Shown: piece after piece, positions 45,825 through 56,149 of the stretch
How the letters are laid out: every line of letters starts with the position of its first letter
Position numbering within the stretch: the stretch's first letter is position 1
Origin: an uncultured Christensenellaceae bacterium
GTDB lineage: Bacteria; Bacillota; Clostridia; Christensenellales; DTU072
DNA length: 64,000 nucleotides
Assembly (NCBI GenBank): GCA_964613035.1
Contig: CAZTFQ010000007.1
Location: 8,409-72,408, forward strand
Direction: 5' to 3'
Translations under genes and position numbers: made by a program
Notes under the pieces: model-generated
The model's input: the letters and a program-made list of their open reading frames with translations, nothing else
What the model was told of the DNA's origin: nothing
Databases searched by the model: none

Positions 45825-47668
45825 TGGAAGAACGCGATTATCGGCAACAACAGAACTCCGGCTTCGATATAGCCTCTTCGCTAGGAGTTAATACCGGAGA
45901 GCATAAGCAGGTGCAGAAAGCTAACAATTTCTTAGGTACTTTTAAGAAGCTCCTCGTGTATTTGCGCCCCGAGACGGGCGTCCTTATAGCAATGGTGCTA
46001 CTTGCCGCCGCGTCGGCGGTGTTTGCCATCTGGGTACCGGAAATCAATAAGAAAATAACCAATCATCTCGTGGACAGCATACAATATTTCCGCGACGTCG
46101 ATATGAGCTTCGTATTAGAGATAATTCTTACGGGCGGCGTGCTGTATTTTCTGTCCGCTCTGGCGCAACTGGTTGCGGCTATGCTGGCGGCGAGTATGTC
46201 TCAGCGCGTCGTAAGACGTATGCGTAACGATATCCGCGACAAGTACGACCGCGTTGCGCTCAAGTATTTCGACGGAACGGCGACCGGAGACAATCTGTCG
46301 AGAATAACCAATGACGTTGAATTGGTTTCCGTCACCCTTCAGGATACTATCAATCAGATAATATCGGGTTTCATGACGATAGTGGGAGTGCTGGTGATGA
46401 TGTTCCGCATGGACTGGGTTCTGGCGCTTATTACAGTCGCTACGGTCCCCGTCTACGCTCTGATAACGGCATTGATAGTCAAGCGTAGCGAAAAGGAGTT
46501 CGCCCGTCAGCAAAAGTATCTCGGGGAACTCAACGGTCATATAGAAGAAATGTACGCCGGACATACCGTCATCGCCCTGTACGATATGCACGACGAATCC
46601 AAGAAAAAATACGCCGATATCAACGGAAATCTGGAGAAAAGTACGAAAAAAGCCCAGTTTTTAGGCGGAACGGTCCTCCCCGCGATGAGATTCGTCAACA
46701 ACTTCAACTACGTCCTCATATGCGTCCTGGGGGCAATAAGAGCAGGACAAAACAAAATAACCGTCGGCGATATTCAGGCTTTTATATCGTATATCAAGCA
46801 GTTTTCTACGCCGATAGAAAACATCGCCAATATCTCCAATACTATCCAGACCGCGATTGCGGCTGCCGAGAGAGTTTTCGAGGTGCTGGAGCTGGAAGAA
46901 ATGATTCCCGACAAGGAAAATTCTCTCACCGTGGCAGGAGTGAAAGGCGACGTCGAAATGGAGCACGTCCGCTTCGGGTACGTGAAAGATTGCGAGCTTA
47001 TTACCGATATGAACATATCCGTCAAAAGCGGCGAGTCCGTAGCCATAGTAGGTCCTACCGGCGCGGGAAAAACGACTATCGTCAACCTTCTGATGCGCTT
47101 TTACGAAATAGACGGCGGCTCTATCAAGATAGACGGCACGGACATTAGAGAGTATTCGCGTAACGACCTCATGAGCCTGTACGGAATGGTTTTGCAGGAC
47201 ACCTGGCTATTCAACGGCACGGTTGCGGAAAACATCGCCTACGGCGCGGAAAACGCGACCAGAGAAGACGTCGAGAGAGCCGCGAAAGAAGCCTATGCTC
47301 ACAACTTCATTATGCAGATGGAGAATGGCTACGACACCGTTCTGACGGAAGACGCCACCAATATATCCGCAGGACAGAGACAACTTCTCACCATCGCCAG
47401 AGCCATTTTGAAGAATCCTAAGATCATCATTCTCGACGAGGCTACCTCCGCCGTCGATACCCGTACGGAAGTCTACGTCCAAAAAGCCATGCTCAAGATG
47501 ATGGAAGGCAGGACGTCCTTCGTCATCGCGCACCGCCTCTCCACGATAATAGGATCTAAGCAAATATTGGTGATGAAAGACGGCGACGTCGTCGAAGTAG
47601 GCAATCATTCCGAGTTGATGAAAAAAGACGGCTTTTATAAGACTCTCTACGAATCTCAATTCAATTAA
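45824..47668 (+). CDS. ABC exporter half (TMD+NBD), partner subunit
   Basis: SRITNDV, GPTGAGKTT, ISAGQRQLLTIARA, ILDEATS, IAHRLST; coupled by a TAATG overlap. Confidence 0.95.
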   Translation: MEERDYRQQQNSGFDIASSLGVNTGEHKQVQKANNFLGTFKKLLVYLRPETGVLIAMVLLAAASAVFAIWVPEINKKITNHLVDSIQYFRDVDMSFVLEIILTGGVLYFLSALAQLVAAMLAASMSQRVVRRMRNDIRDKYDRVALKYFDGTATGDNLSRITNDVELVSVTLQDTINQIISGFMTIVGVLVMMFRMDWVLALITVATVPVYALITALIVKRSEKEFARQQKYLGELNGHIEEMYAGHTVIALYDMHDESKKKYADINGNLEKSTKKAQFLGGTVLPAMRFVNNFNYVLICVLGAIRAGQNKITVGDIQAFISYIKQFSTPIENIANISNTIQTAIAAAERVFEVLELEEMIPDKENSLTVAGVKGDVEMEHVRFGYVKDCELITDMNISVKSGESVAIVGPTGAGKTTIVNLLMRFYEIDGGSIKIDGTDIREYSRNDLMSLYGMVLQDTWLFNGTVAENIAYGAENATREDVERAAKEAYAHNFIMQMENGYDTVLTEDATNISAGQRQLLTIARAILKNPKIIILDEATSAVDTRTEVYVQKAMLKMMEGRTSFVIAHRLSTIIGSKQILVMKDGDVVEVGNHSELMKKDGFYKTLYESQFN

Positions 47669-47705
47669 AGCGCAAAAACCTCAAAAAATCCGCAAAAATA
47701 AAAAG

Positions 47706-47734
47706 AAACACTCAGGAATGCCTGAGTGTTTTTT
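47706..47734 (+). terminator. Intrinsic terminator
   Basis: AAACACTCAGG-AATG-CCTGAGTGTTTTTT. Confidence 0.88.
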
Positions 47735-48193
47735 GACGAAACTAAGTTCGTCTGTTCTGCCATTTTCATGACAGAAACTAAGGGGGAAGGACAAATTATC
47801 TTCAGTATAGAGACTATTCCTTAAAATAAACTTAAAAACACCTCCCTCGTAAGAATTTAACGCAGAAGTTTTTCCGTTTTTCCGAGCTGTTTTCGGGTCT
47901 GGTTTTTACGGTGTCTATAACGTCCGTAAAATTGTAGGTTAAGATGATTCTATCGGGATAATAAAAATGCGGCACACAAGCACGCTTCCCACACTCACTA
48001 CGTAAACTTTATAGTTGCTTTTAGATACATAAAAAAACTAAAATTCTATTGAAAAGAAGCATTAACATGACGTATAAAAATTATGACATTCGCCGAAGAG
48101 ATTTTTATACATATAACGTTCGAGCCCCCTTGATTGGGCAAGACGTACGTGGCGTAATCCAAATATTTCCTAAATTATTCACAATTTTTAATA

Positions 48194-48222
48194 TTGATTT
48201 TACTAGCTTTGTCGGCTATAAT
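48194..48222 (+). promoter_or_regulatory. sigmaA promoter of the locus-2 AraC gene
   Basis: TTGATT (48194-48199), 17 nt, TATAAT (48217-48222). Confidence 0.65.
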
Positions 48223-48242
48223 TAAATAAAAAGAGATTGTTT

Positions 48243-49097
48243 ATGAGACCGTATGTCAGATTTGCCATGCACGATACAATTAACAAAAATTGGCATTTGT
48301 CACGTGCAATATGGGACTACGAAATCATCTATATAGCCGACGGCTCGATGATAGTAGAAGTCGAGAAAAACAAGTATGTCGCAAAACAAGGCGATATAAT
48401 CTTTTTGCGCCCCGACGTGCATCATATACTTAAGAGCGGCAGCGACTCCACTCAACAGCCTCACGTGCACTTCGATTTTTACGAGGACGACATGTCCCCT
48501 ATAATCCCCGTCTCGCTCAAGCCTAAGAAGAATATGACCCCGGAGGAAAAGAGATTCTTCCGCAACGACGATTTGGCTGCAATCGGAGCGGATTTTCCTA
48601 CGGTTATGTCTCTACACGACCACGTGACGGTCCGCAATCTTCTGTATAGGATAATCGATGAATTCCGATTAAAAATGCCCTATTCTCAATCATATATGCA
48701 GGCGCTCCTTCTTGAGATGATAGTTACTATTCAACGCAGCTATACGGCGTCCAAGCAAGGACTCAGCCGAGAGCATATTATCGCATTCGACAGAATTAAG
48801 AAATATATAAGAGACAACGTCGATCGCAATATATCGGTAGACGAGCTGGCAGGGCTTACTTTCCTAAGTAAGTATCATTTCATCAGAGTCTTCACTGCGC
48901 ACTTCGAAGCCACCCCTCATAAATATATAACCACGTTGAGAGTGGAGCGCGCTAAAGAACTATTGCTATACGACTCATTCCTTACGGTAGGGGACGTCGC
49001 CGCTAAAATGGACTTTGACTCTCAGCAGACCTTTTCCGCTTGGTTTAAGAAAAACACATCTTTATCGCCTCTCGATTATCGCCGATTGCACAAATAG
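48243..49097 (+). CDS. AraC-family regulator with N-terminal cupin sensor
   Basis: WDYEIIYI..G, LRPDVHH, HVHFD; C-terminal ISVDELA....SKYHF.R.F...F..TP..Y....RVERAKELL, VA.KM.F.S...FS..FKK....SP..YR. Confidence 0.95.
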   Translation: MRPYVRFAMHDTINKNWHLSRAIWDYEIIYIADGSMIVEVEKNKYVAKQGDIIFLRPDVHHILKSGSDSTQQPHVHFDFYEDDMSPIIPVSLKPKKNMTPEEKRFFRNDDLAAIGADFPTVMSLHDHVTVRNLLYRIIDEFRLKMPYSQSYMQALLLEMIVTIQRSYTASKQGLSREHIIAFDRIKKYIRDNVDRNISVDELAGLTFLSKYHFIRVFTAHFEATPHKYITTLRVERAKELLLYDSFLTVGDVAAKMDFDSQQTFSAWFKKNTSLSPLDYRRLHK

Positions 49098-49194
49098 CAA
49101 TTTTTACTAAAAAATAAAACAACTTTTAATATTCAATAATCCTCTCTAATTGTTTTAAACTAATCTTGAAGATTATACGGGAGGTTTTTTTGTT

Positions 49195-50844
49195 ATGAAA
49201 AAAGCATTTTCGATATTGCTATGCTTGATTTTGATTACATCGGCATGTCTTTGCATGGCGGCTTGCGTAGAGTCAGACCCAGAAGGCGTCACGACAATCA
49301 AAATGTCCGTCGTCTGGAACGGTCTCTCCTATATGGACCCCGACTCGGACGATAATCGCATCGCAGGTATTATGCAAGAGAAGACCGGGGTCAAACTCGA
49401 CGTCAAGTGGGTCAACGGCACGGAAAACGAGCAACTCGTCCGTATTTTTAGTACGGGTCGTAATATGCCCGACGTAATCATGGCTCCTTACTGGGGTGGC
49501 GGCGACGCTTGCAGCGACACTATAAGGAAGGCGGCTCGCGACGGACTCATCGTGCCTCTTGACGAGATGATAGCCGAGTACGCGCCCAATCTTGAAGGCG
49601 CCTACACAACGGGTGTAGCAACCAGCTTTATCGAAAATGAACTTTCCGCGGAAGAATTCGGCGGTAAAAAGTATATCATTCCTATGCATACGCCTAAGAA
49701 TACCGACGAATATCAGAATTGGGGTTATACCGTATATTGCCGTAAGGATATATTAGAAGCCCTCGACGTCGATCCCTCTTCGATTACTTCGTCCGAAGCC
49801 GTCTACGAGCTGGCTAAGAAGATTAAGGCGGGCAACTTCACCGATATCAACGGCAATTCCATTATCCCCGCGTCTTGCTGGGCCAACGGATACGGTGCGG
49901 AGTGCTATATGAATAGTTACAGAACGCACAATATAACCAACGTCGTAGACAAGGGCGATCATTATGAGTGGTCGGCAATGCAGGACAACGTGGAGGAAGA
50001 AGTCCTCTTTATGCAGAAGATGATATCCGAGGGACTCTTTGACAAGACGGCTTTCTCTCACAACGAGACGACTGCTCTATCCAAGCACGTGACAGGAGGA
50101 GTAGGGCTGACCGCAACTCAATATCCTTATATTAAGAAGAATCTTGAAAACACCCTCTACGCAACCAATCCCGAGATGGAGTACGTCCCCCTCGGACCGA
50201 TTCTCGACGCCAACGGCAACGCTTATATGCCTAATACCGTCTATGAAGAAGGCGGCTATTACGGATTTGCCGTGCTGATGGTATCTAAGGATTGCTCGGA
50301 AGAGAAGCTCGTCGCATTGATGAAATATCTCGACTATATCAATAGCGAAGAAGGTATGCTCCTTGCGTATCTGGGAGAAGAGGGAGTAGATTACTATGTA
50401 ACCGACGACGGCGAGTATCGTATGACGGATGAGTTTTTTGCCAACGAAGCTCTCGATCCCGATTACGCATACAATCAAGGTATAGACTCTTACTTCACGT
50501 TCGGCTGCTCCGGAGTGCCGTTCAATACTTTCGAGAGAGCTCGAGCCGAGACAGAAGACCTGACTTATAAGACGGTCAAAGAGATGTATCCCGTAGTGGA
50601 GAAGTCCGGCAGGCGCGCCAGCTCGTGGGACGACGACTTCGAAGATATCGATTATTTGCACGGCATACTCGAGACCATAGATTACTCGCTCACTATCCAG
50701 AGCGCATATTGTGCCTCAACGTCTACGGAAGCTCTAAAAAAACTCAACGATTATCGTAGCGCTATTCGGAGCAAAGGCTATCTCGACGCCTATCTCGGGT
50801 GGTTGTACGCTAAGATAAGCGCGTCCAACGATATACTCTTCTGA
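49195..50844 (+). CDS. Oligosaccharide ABC transporter substrate-binding lipoprotein (LplA-like)
   Basis: Lipobox MAAC. I.EKTGV, MPDVI, G.K.Y.IP, .RKDILE.L, Y..LGP, YL.YINSEEG..L..LG.EG.DY. Confidence 0.9.
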   Translation: MKKAFSILLCLILITSACLCMAACVESDPEGVTTIKMSVVWNGLSYMDPDSDDNRIAGIMQEKTGVKLDVKWVNGTENEQLVRIFSTGRNMPDVIMAPYWGGGDACSDTIRKAARDGLIVPLDEMIAEYAPNLEGAYTTGVATSFIENELSAEEFGGKKYIIPMHTPKNTDEYQNWGYTVYCRKDILEALDVDPSSITSSEAVYELAKKIKAGNFTDINGNSIIPASCWANGYGAECYMNSYRTHNITNVVDKGDHYEWSAMQDNVEEEVLFMQKMISEGLFDKTAFSHNETTALSKHVTGGVGLTATQYPYIKKNLENTLYATNPEMEYVPLGPILDANGNAYMPNTVYEEGGYYGFAVLMVSKDCSEEKLVALMKYLDYINSEEGMLLAYLGEEGVDYYVTDDGEYRMTDEFFANEALDPDYAYNQGIDSYFTFGCSGVPFNTFERARAETEDLTYKTVKEMYPVVEKSGRRASSWDDDFEDIDYLHGILETIDYSLTIQSAYCASTSTEALKKLNDYRSAIRSKGYLDAYLGWLYAKISASNDILF

Positions 50845-50846
50845 TT

Positions 50847-51812
50847 ATGATCAACGTAGGAAGAATTAAAAAGGCAGGAGTAATGCTCCGCCTGGAAAAC
50901 CTCGGCAGAAGCATAATGAAGTACAGACATCTGTATCTCTTCTTGTTGCCTGCCGTAGTGTGGTTCTTTGTGTTTTGTTATATCCCGATGGGCGGATTGG
51001 TACTGGTCTTCAAGGACTACTCGTTCTCCAAGGGCGTCCTCGGTTCCGAGTGGGAAGAGCCTTTGTTGAAAAACTTCGAGTTGTTCTTCAACATGCCCGA
51101 GCTCGGCACTATGGTGACCAATACCATATATATTGCGCTCATACGTCTGGCACTCTTCCCCGCTCCGATAATATTAGCGATAATGCTCAACGAGGTCAAG
51201 AATCCCGTCTTCAAGAAATTTATCCAGACGGTATCGTACTTTCCCTTTTTCATATCTTGGGTCATCGTCGCCTCGATGCTGGAGCAGTTGCTCACTCCGT
51301 ACGGTAGCGGAGGTCCTCTCTACCATATGTTGCAACTCTTCTCCGGTAGTAGCGAAATCAAATATTATATGGTGGACAAGCCGTACTTCTATCCGCTTGT
51401 CGTAGTAACCTATCTATGGAAGACGGTCGGATGGAACTCCATCGTATACCTCGCGTCCATATCCAATATAGATCCGACGCTCTTCGAAGCAGCCGAGATA
51501 GACGGTTGTAGCAGATTCAGAGTTATACGCAAAGTTATTTTGCCTCATTTAAAACCGACGATTATATTGCTATTCGTCATGGCTCTCGGCTCTATTATGT
51601 CGGCGGGATTCGAGCAGATATATTTTCTTCAGACTCCCTCCAACTACGACTATAGCAACGTACTCGACGTCTGGGTAGTCAAATACGGTCTGGAGCAAGG
51701 CAAGTATGCCCTTGCCGCCGTGGCGGGACTGTTCCAGGGACTGATAGGATTGATATTTATAGTAGTCGGCAATACGGTCGTCAAGAAGATCGGAGGTACG
51801 TCGCTATGGTAA
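50847..51812 (+). CDS. ABC permease (LplB/YteP-like)
   Basis: YIPM.G....FKDY, KK..QT.SY.P.FISWV.V, WK..GWNSI.YLA.I..ID..L.EAA.IDG. Confidence 0.93.
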   Translation: MINVGRIKKAGVMLRLENLGRSIMKYRHLYLFLLPAVVWFFVFCYIPMGGLVLVFKDYSFSKGVLGSEWEEPLLKNFELFFNMPELGTMVTNTIYIALIRLALFPAPIILAIMLNEVKNPVFKKFIQTVSYFPFFISWVIVASMLEQLLTPYGSGGPLYHMLQLFSGSSEIKYYMVDKPYFYPLVVVTYLWKTVGWNSIVYLASISNIDPTLFEAAEIDGCSRFRVIRKVILPHLKPTIILLFVMALGSIMSAGFEQIYFLQTPSNYDYSNVLDVWVVKYGLEQGKYALAAVAGLFQGLIGLIFIVVGNTVVKKIGGTSLW

Positions 51813-52735
51813 ATTCCCGAATTAAACCCAAAAGACTATTCAAGCCGTCGCTACCTAAAAAACGGACCTCTCCCGGGGAGAAAGTCTTTTCCGCAATCAA
51901 CGCTATCCTTTTGATAGGACTCGCAGTCACGATGATATATCCGATGTATTACATCATTATATTGTCCTTCAACGACGGCGCCGACGCGCTCAAAGGCGGT
52001 ATATGGCTCTTCCCGAGAGTGTTTACTCTCGATAATTACAAGACGGTCTTCGCCAACGAACAGCTATTGACGGCTTTCGGCATATCGGTAGCAAGGACAG
52101 TCATCGGCACTATCGTATCGGTAATATTGATAGCGATGATGGCGTATGCACTGGCAATCAAAGAGCTGCCGGGGAGAAAAACGTTCAACAAGTTTTTCTT
52201 CTTCACGACGATATTCTCCGGCGGAATGATCCCCATGATCAGCTTGCTCAACAAGCTGGACCTGTTGGATAATCCTCTGGTCTATATTTTGCCGGCAATA
52301 TACTCGTTTTATAATATGTTGCTTATGAGGACGTCTTTCGAAGCCACCCCGAAAGCATTGAGAGAAGCCGCTCTTATGGACGGCGTCAGCGAATGGAAAA
52401 TATTCTTTAAGGTGTATATGCCGCTCAACAAGCCCGTCATCGCAACTGTCGCGCTTTTTACGGCGGTTTTCCATTGGAACGACTGGTTTGCAGGTAGCTA
52501 CTATATCTCTACCGACTGGATGAAACCTGCCGCGACTATCCTTCAAGAGATGCTTCAAGAAGCACTCGGCAACTTGAACAATGCCAGTGCCACTGGCGGC
52601 GCAGCAGTGACAACCACCGCGCAGACTCTCCAGATGGCTTTCGTCGTGGTTATTACCTTCCCGATAATGGTCGTGTATCCCTTTTTGCAGAAGTATTTTA
52701 CAAAAGGCGCCGTTGTAGGCTCCATCAAAGAATAA
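51806..52735 (+). CDS. ABC permease (LplC/YtcP-like)
   Basis: YP.YYI...SF, FSGG.IP, EAA..DG....IF..V..PL.KP, WNDWF, VYPFLQKYF.KG..VGSIK. Confidence 0.93.
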   Translation: MVNSRIKPKRLFKPSLPKKRTSPGEKVFSAINAILLIGLAVTMIYPMYYIIILSFNDGADALKGGIWLFPRVFTLDNYKTVFANEQLLTAFGISVARTVIGTIVSVILIAMMAYALAIKELPGRKTFNKFFFFTTIFSGGMIPMISLLNKLDLLDNPLVYILPAIYSFYNMLLMRTSFEATPKALREAALMDGVSEWKIFFKVYMPLNKPVIATVALFTAVFHWNDWFAGSYYISTDWMKPAATILQEMLQEALGNLNNASATGGAAVTTTAQTLQMAFVVVITFPIMVVYPFLQKYFTKGAVVGSIKE

Positions 52736-52767
52736 CAATCAACCTTAGAAAAAACAAGGAGGTTTTT

Positions 52768-55077
52768 ATGAAAACAAAAAGAGCTGGTAGAATCAAAAAG
52801 AGTTTGATTTCGCTATTGCTTATCTCGATGTTGGTCGTCCCTATATTCGGATGCGACGGCGATCCCGATCGGGGCTCATCGGAAGATAAGGTGCAGTTGA
52901 CGGAGAAAAACGATATGCTCGTATTGAACAACGACTCCGTATCGCTGTCGTTCATGAAGGACAACGGGTCTCTCGTCTCTATCAAGAATGCCTCTTCCGG
53001 TACGGACTATATAGAGGACTCCGAGGGCGGCAATTGGGCGTTGTCTATAGATTTATCTACCGACGATTGCTTCGAGTCTAACCCCACCGGCGCTAATACG
53101 GTCCTCGTCAGCAGCCGTACGCAAAGTATGACTTATAGTAAGACCGATCTCTCCGACGGCATTGCGCTGACTTTCGATTACGCCGTATCCTTCACTTCCG
53201 ACTCGGTTACTTACACGGGCATTACGGTCAAAGAGACCGTTACTCTCAAGAAGGGCGCCTCCGATGCGAGTTTTGCTTACGAAATAACCAACGGCGTCTC
53301 GGGCTCGGTCATAACGACCTTCACGGGAGCCCAAATCTCCGGTTTGAAGAACGACAACGGCGACTATAATCTCTTCTGGCCTTATAAAGAGGGCAAAATA
53401 TACGAGAATGCAGTCAAAACCGTCAAGACCGCCAAGGACGACACCGCCAGAATGGTAGCGGAGTATCCATCTCCCATGTCGATGCAATTGGTACAGCTCT
53501 ACAACGACAAAGAGGCGTTGTATTACTACGTGCCCGACGCGACCAGAGAGTATAAAGAATTCAACTTCGGCGCGTTCATCAACAAGGGACAATATGACTT
53601 CCAAGGAGTGCAGGTGGCGGATAAAGTATCCCTGTCTTGCAGCAGATATCCTTTCATCGAGCCGAATGAAACCAAGTCGGTAGAAGCGGTCATCGGCGTG
53701 TCCGCGCACGGCGATTGGTACGACGGCAGTGACAGATACAGACAATTTTTGATCGATTCCGGCATGACCAGAGCCTCCAATTCTCTTACGGAAGAGTGGA
53801 CGGGATTCTCGGTGCTGATCGGTACTCAATACGGCGATAAGCAATTCGCCGCATATGCTCAGGCGGAAGGCTTCGAAGATACTTACACCAATTGGGCAGA
53901 GAAGACCAATCAATACGGCGTGACAACCACGACTCTTATCGGTTGGCACGCGGGCGGATTCGATTCGATGTATCCCGATTATGAGTTCCAGACCGGGACC
54001 GGATTCGGCGAGGACAACTTCAAGCTGGCTATGGAGCAAGGTCACGCCAACGGCAATACTTTCCTTGCGTACATCAACGCGCATATAGCGGATAAAGAAT
54101 CCAAGTGGAGCAATACCGTTTACAACGCGGCAACGGGCATAACCAATATGGAACAAGCCGCTATCAAGACTAAAGGATTTTCTTCTACTACGGGAAAAGA
54201 CGATTATGTCAATTATATGATGAGAGAGTCTTACGGCACGGGTACTTATTACTATGCCATGTGTCCCGATTCCGAGCTCTTCCGAGACGCTATTTTATCC
54301 GCGGTCGGCAGACTTAGAAAAAACGGCGTCGACGGAATATGGTTCGATCAGTTAATGGAAATGCCTGCCAATCTGTGCTACGACGCCTCACACGGTCACG
54401 AGACGCCCGCTACCGCTTACGGTGAGGGTTACGGGGAACTTTTCGCAGAACTCGAGCGCGTTATGTCTTCCGTATCCGGCGCGTATATGTTCGCCGCGGA
54501 AGGCGTATGCGACGCCTGGATAGAATATGTCGACGTGTGCGGTTATATGTGGTCCAGAAAACTGGGCGCAAGAGATACCGACGGTAAGAATATGTCTCCC
54601 GAGCTTACTCGTTACACAATGCCCGCAACTTTCTTAGGAATAGAGGGCGCAGGGACGACTTCGGGCGATTCGGACGAGTTTGCAAGAGCGTTCGTAATGT
54701 CCGATCCTTTCCTTGCCGATCCCTATAAGCCGTCTGTCGGCAGCCTTACGAGCGTATATGCGCAAGATTCCACTTATCTGACCGGTAGATACGTCGATAC
54801 GTTGGGAGCTATTTCCGACGACGAGTATCTCATATTCGGTCAGACGCTATCATCGGACGGCAAGAAGATTGCGCTCACAGTCTACAACTACAACGACGAG
54901 GCTTCTTCCGGCGCGACGATTAAGCTGGATCTCGATAGGCTCGGACTCGGCGACTGCAAGATAGACTCCGCTATAGAGATGTTCACGGGAGACAAAGTCT
55001 CTTACAGCGGTAGCGTCATTAATCTCCCCGATATAGAAGAACTAGGCATCACGTCAATCCTCATCACACTCAAATAA
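52768..55077 (+). CDS. Uncharacterised lipoprotein, putative glycoside hydrolase (N-terminal beta-sandwich plus TIM barrel, DUF6259-like)
   Basis: Lipobox IFGC. Barrel-like motifs GWH.GG.D..YP.Y, AYIN, MCP, G.DG.W.DQ, AEG..D suggest a GH-like acid pair. Family assignment is from recollection only. Confidence 0.55.
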   Translation: MKTKRAGRIKKSLISLLLISMLVVPIFGCDGDPDRGSSEDKVQLTEKNDMLVLNNDSVSLSFMKDNGSLVSIKNASSGTDYIEDSEGGNWALSIDLSTDDCFESNPTGANTVLVSSRTQSMTYSKTDLSDGIALTFDYAVSFTSDSVTYTGITVKETVTLKKGASDASFAYEITNGVSGSVITTFTGAQISGLKNDNGDYNLFWPYKEGKIYENAVKTVKTAKDDTARMVAEYPSPMSMQLVQLYNDKEALYYYVPDATREYKEFNFGAFINKGQYDFQGVQVADKVSLSCSRYPFIEPNETKSVEAVIGVSAHGDWYDGSDRYRQFLIDSGMTRASNSLTEEWTGFSVLIGTQYGDKQFAAYAQAEGFEDTYTNWAEKTNQYGVTTTTLIGWHAGGFDSMYPDYEFQTGTGFGEDNFKLAMEQGHANGNTFLAYINAHIADKESKWSNTVYNAATGITNMEQAAIKTKGFSSTTGKDDYVNYMMRESYGTGTYYYAMCPDSELFRDAILSAVGRLRKNGVDGIWFDQLMEMPANLCYDASHGHETPATAYGEGYGELFAELERVMSSVSGAYMFAAEGVCDAWIEYVDVCGYMWSRKLGARDTDGKNMSPELTRYTMPATFLGIEGAGTTSGDSDEFARAFVMSDPFLADPYKPSVGSLTSVYAQDSTYLTGRYVDTLGAISDDEYLIFGQTLSSDGKKIALTVYNYNDEASSGATIKLDLDRLGLGDCKIDSAIEMFTGDKVSYSGSVINLPDIEELGITSILITLK

Positions 55078-55103
55078 CATTATTCGTATAAGGACTACAG
55101 TTT

Positions 55104-56129
55104 ATGAAATTCGATTTTAATTATCATCGCATACAATCTCGCGCAATCACCGCCGAAAACTTCCACGGAGATAAGGGCATGGGCGGCATGGCTACTGAAG
55201 GTATGGGAAAAATCCCTGCCGGAGATTTGGGCAAGACCTTCAAAATATCTCCCTGTATGCTCGTGCCTAAGCAGACCGACTTCGTTATGTGCGACATCAA
55301 AGGCAGCGGAGAAGTCAACCATATATGGATGACCTGCGCTCCGGAAGCTTATTCGGCGATTATAGAGTTTTATTACGACTGCGCGCAAGTACCTTCGGTC
55401 AGCCTGCCTATCGCTAAGCTCTTCGCTATAGGGTTTGACCGTAAGTCTATAGTCAACTCCCTAATGATCACCGTTAACCCCGCAGGCGGAATGAATCTCT
55501 ATTGGCCGATACCCTTCCGCAAAGGACTCAGAGTCGTGCTCAAGAACGTCACCGACAGCGATATCGTCATTTATTACCAATTCGATTATCAGCTCAAGCG
55601 TATTCCGCGCTCTACTTGCTATTTCCATGCCTTCTACAACGAGTCGTTGCCTCTAGAGGCTAAGAAGAACCATATGCTCCTCAATAAGATAGAGGGCAGA
55701 GGCACGTATTGCGGAACATTCATGACTTTCAAAACCGACTTCACTACCTGGTGGGGCGAGGGCGAAGTCAAGTTTTTCATCGACGGAGACAAAGATTATC
55801 CGACGATATGCGGTACGGGTACGGAGGACTACTTCGGCGGCGCGTGGAATTTCGAGCAACCGCTGGGTACCTACAGAAGCTATTCTACGGCGTATCAAGG
55901 ACTCGTCGACGTCATCCCCGAGGACAAAATATACGTCACGGATCAGAAGTTTTCTATGTATCGATGGCATATATCCGACCCCGTATATTTTGCCAAAGAT
56001 CTGCGAGTCGAGATACAGGCAATAGGTTGGGAAGAAGGTTTACTGCACTATCGTGCGCTGTCTCCCGAGATAACTTCCGTCGCCTACGTCTACCTCGACA
56101 AAATAACCAACGTAAAAAATAAAAAATAA
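55104..56129 (+). CDS. GH172 / DUF2961 glycoside hydrolase (alpha-D-arabinofuranosidase / alpha-D-fructofuranosidase family), cytoplasmic
   Basis: AENF.G.KG.GG, G.G...HIWMT, N..W..PF, YFHA, G.G.Y.G, WWGEGE.KF.IDG, GTGTEDYF.GAW, YRWHI.DP..F..DLRV.IQ. No signal peptide. Confidence 0.88.
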   Translation: MKFDFNYHRIQSRAITAENFHGDKGMGGMATEGMGKIPAGDLGKTFKISPCMLVPKQTDFVMCDIKGSGEVNHIWMTCAPEAYSAIIEFYYDCAQVPSVSLPIAKLFAIGFDRKSIVNSLMITVNPAGGMNLYWPIPFRKGLRVVLKNVTDSDIVIYYQFDYQLKRIPRSTCYFHAFYNESLPLEAKKNHMLLNKIEGRGTYCGTFMTFKTDFTTWWGEGEVKFFIDGDKDYPTICGTGTEDYFGGAWNFEQPLGTYRSYSTAYQGLVDVIPEDKIYVTDQKFSMYRWHISDPVYFAKDLRVEIQAIGWEEGLLHYRALSPEITSVAYVYLDKITNVKNKK

Positions 56130-56149
56130 ACAATTTGGAGGAAACAAAA

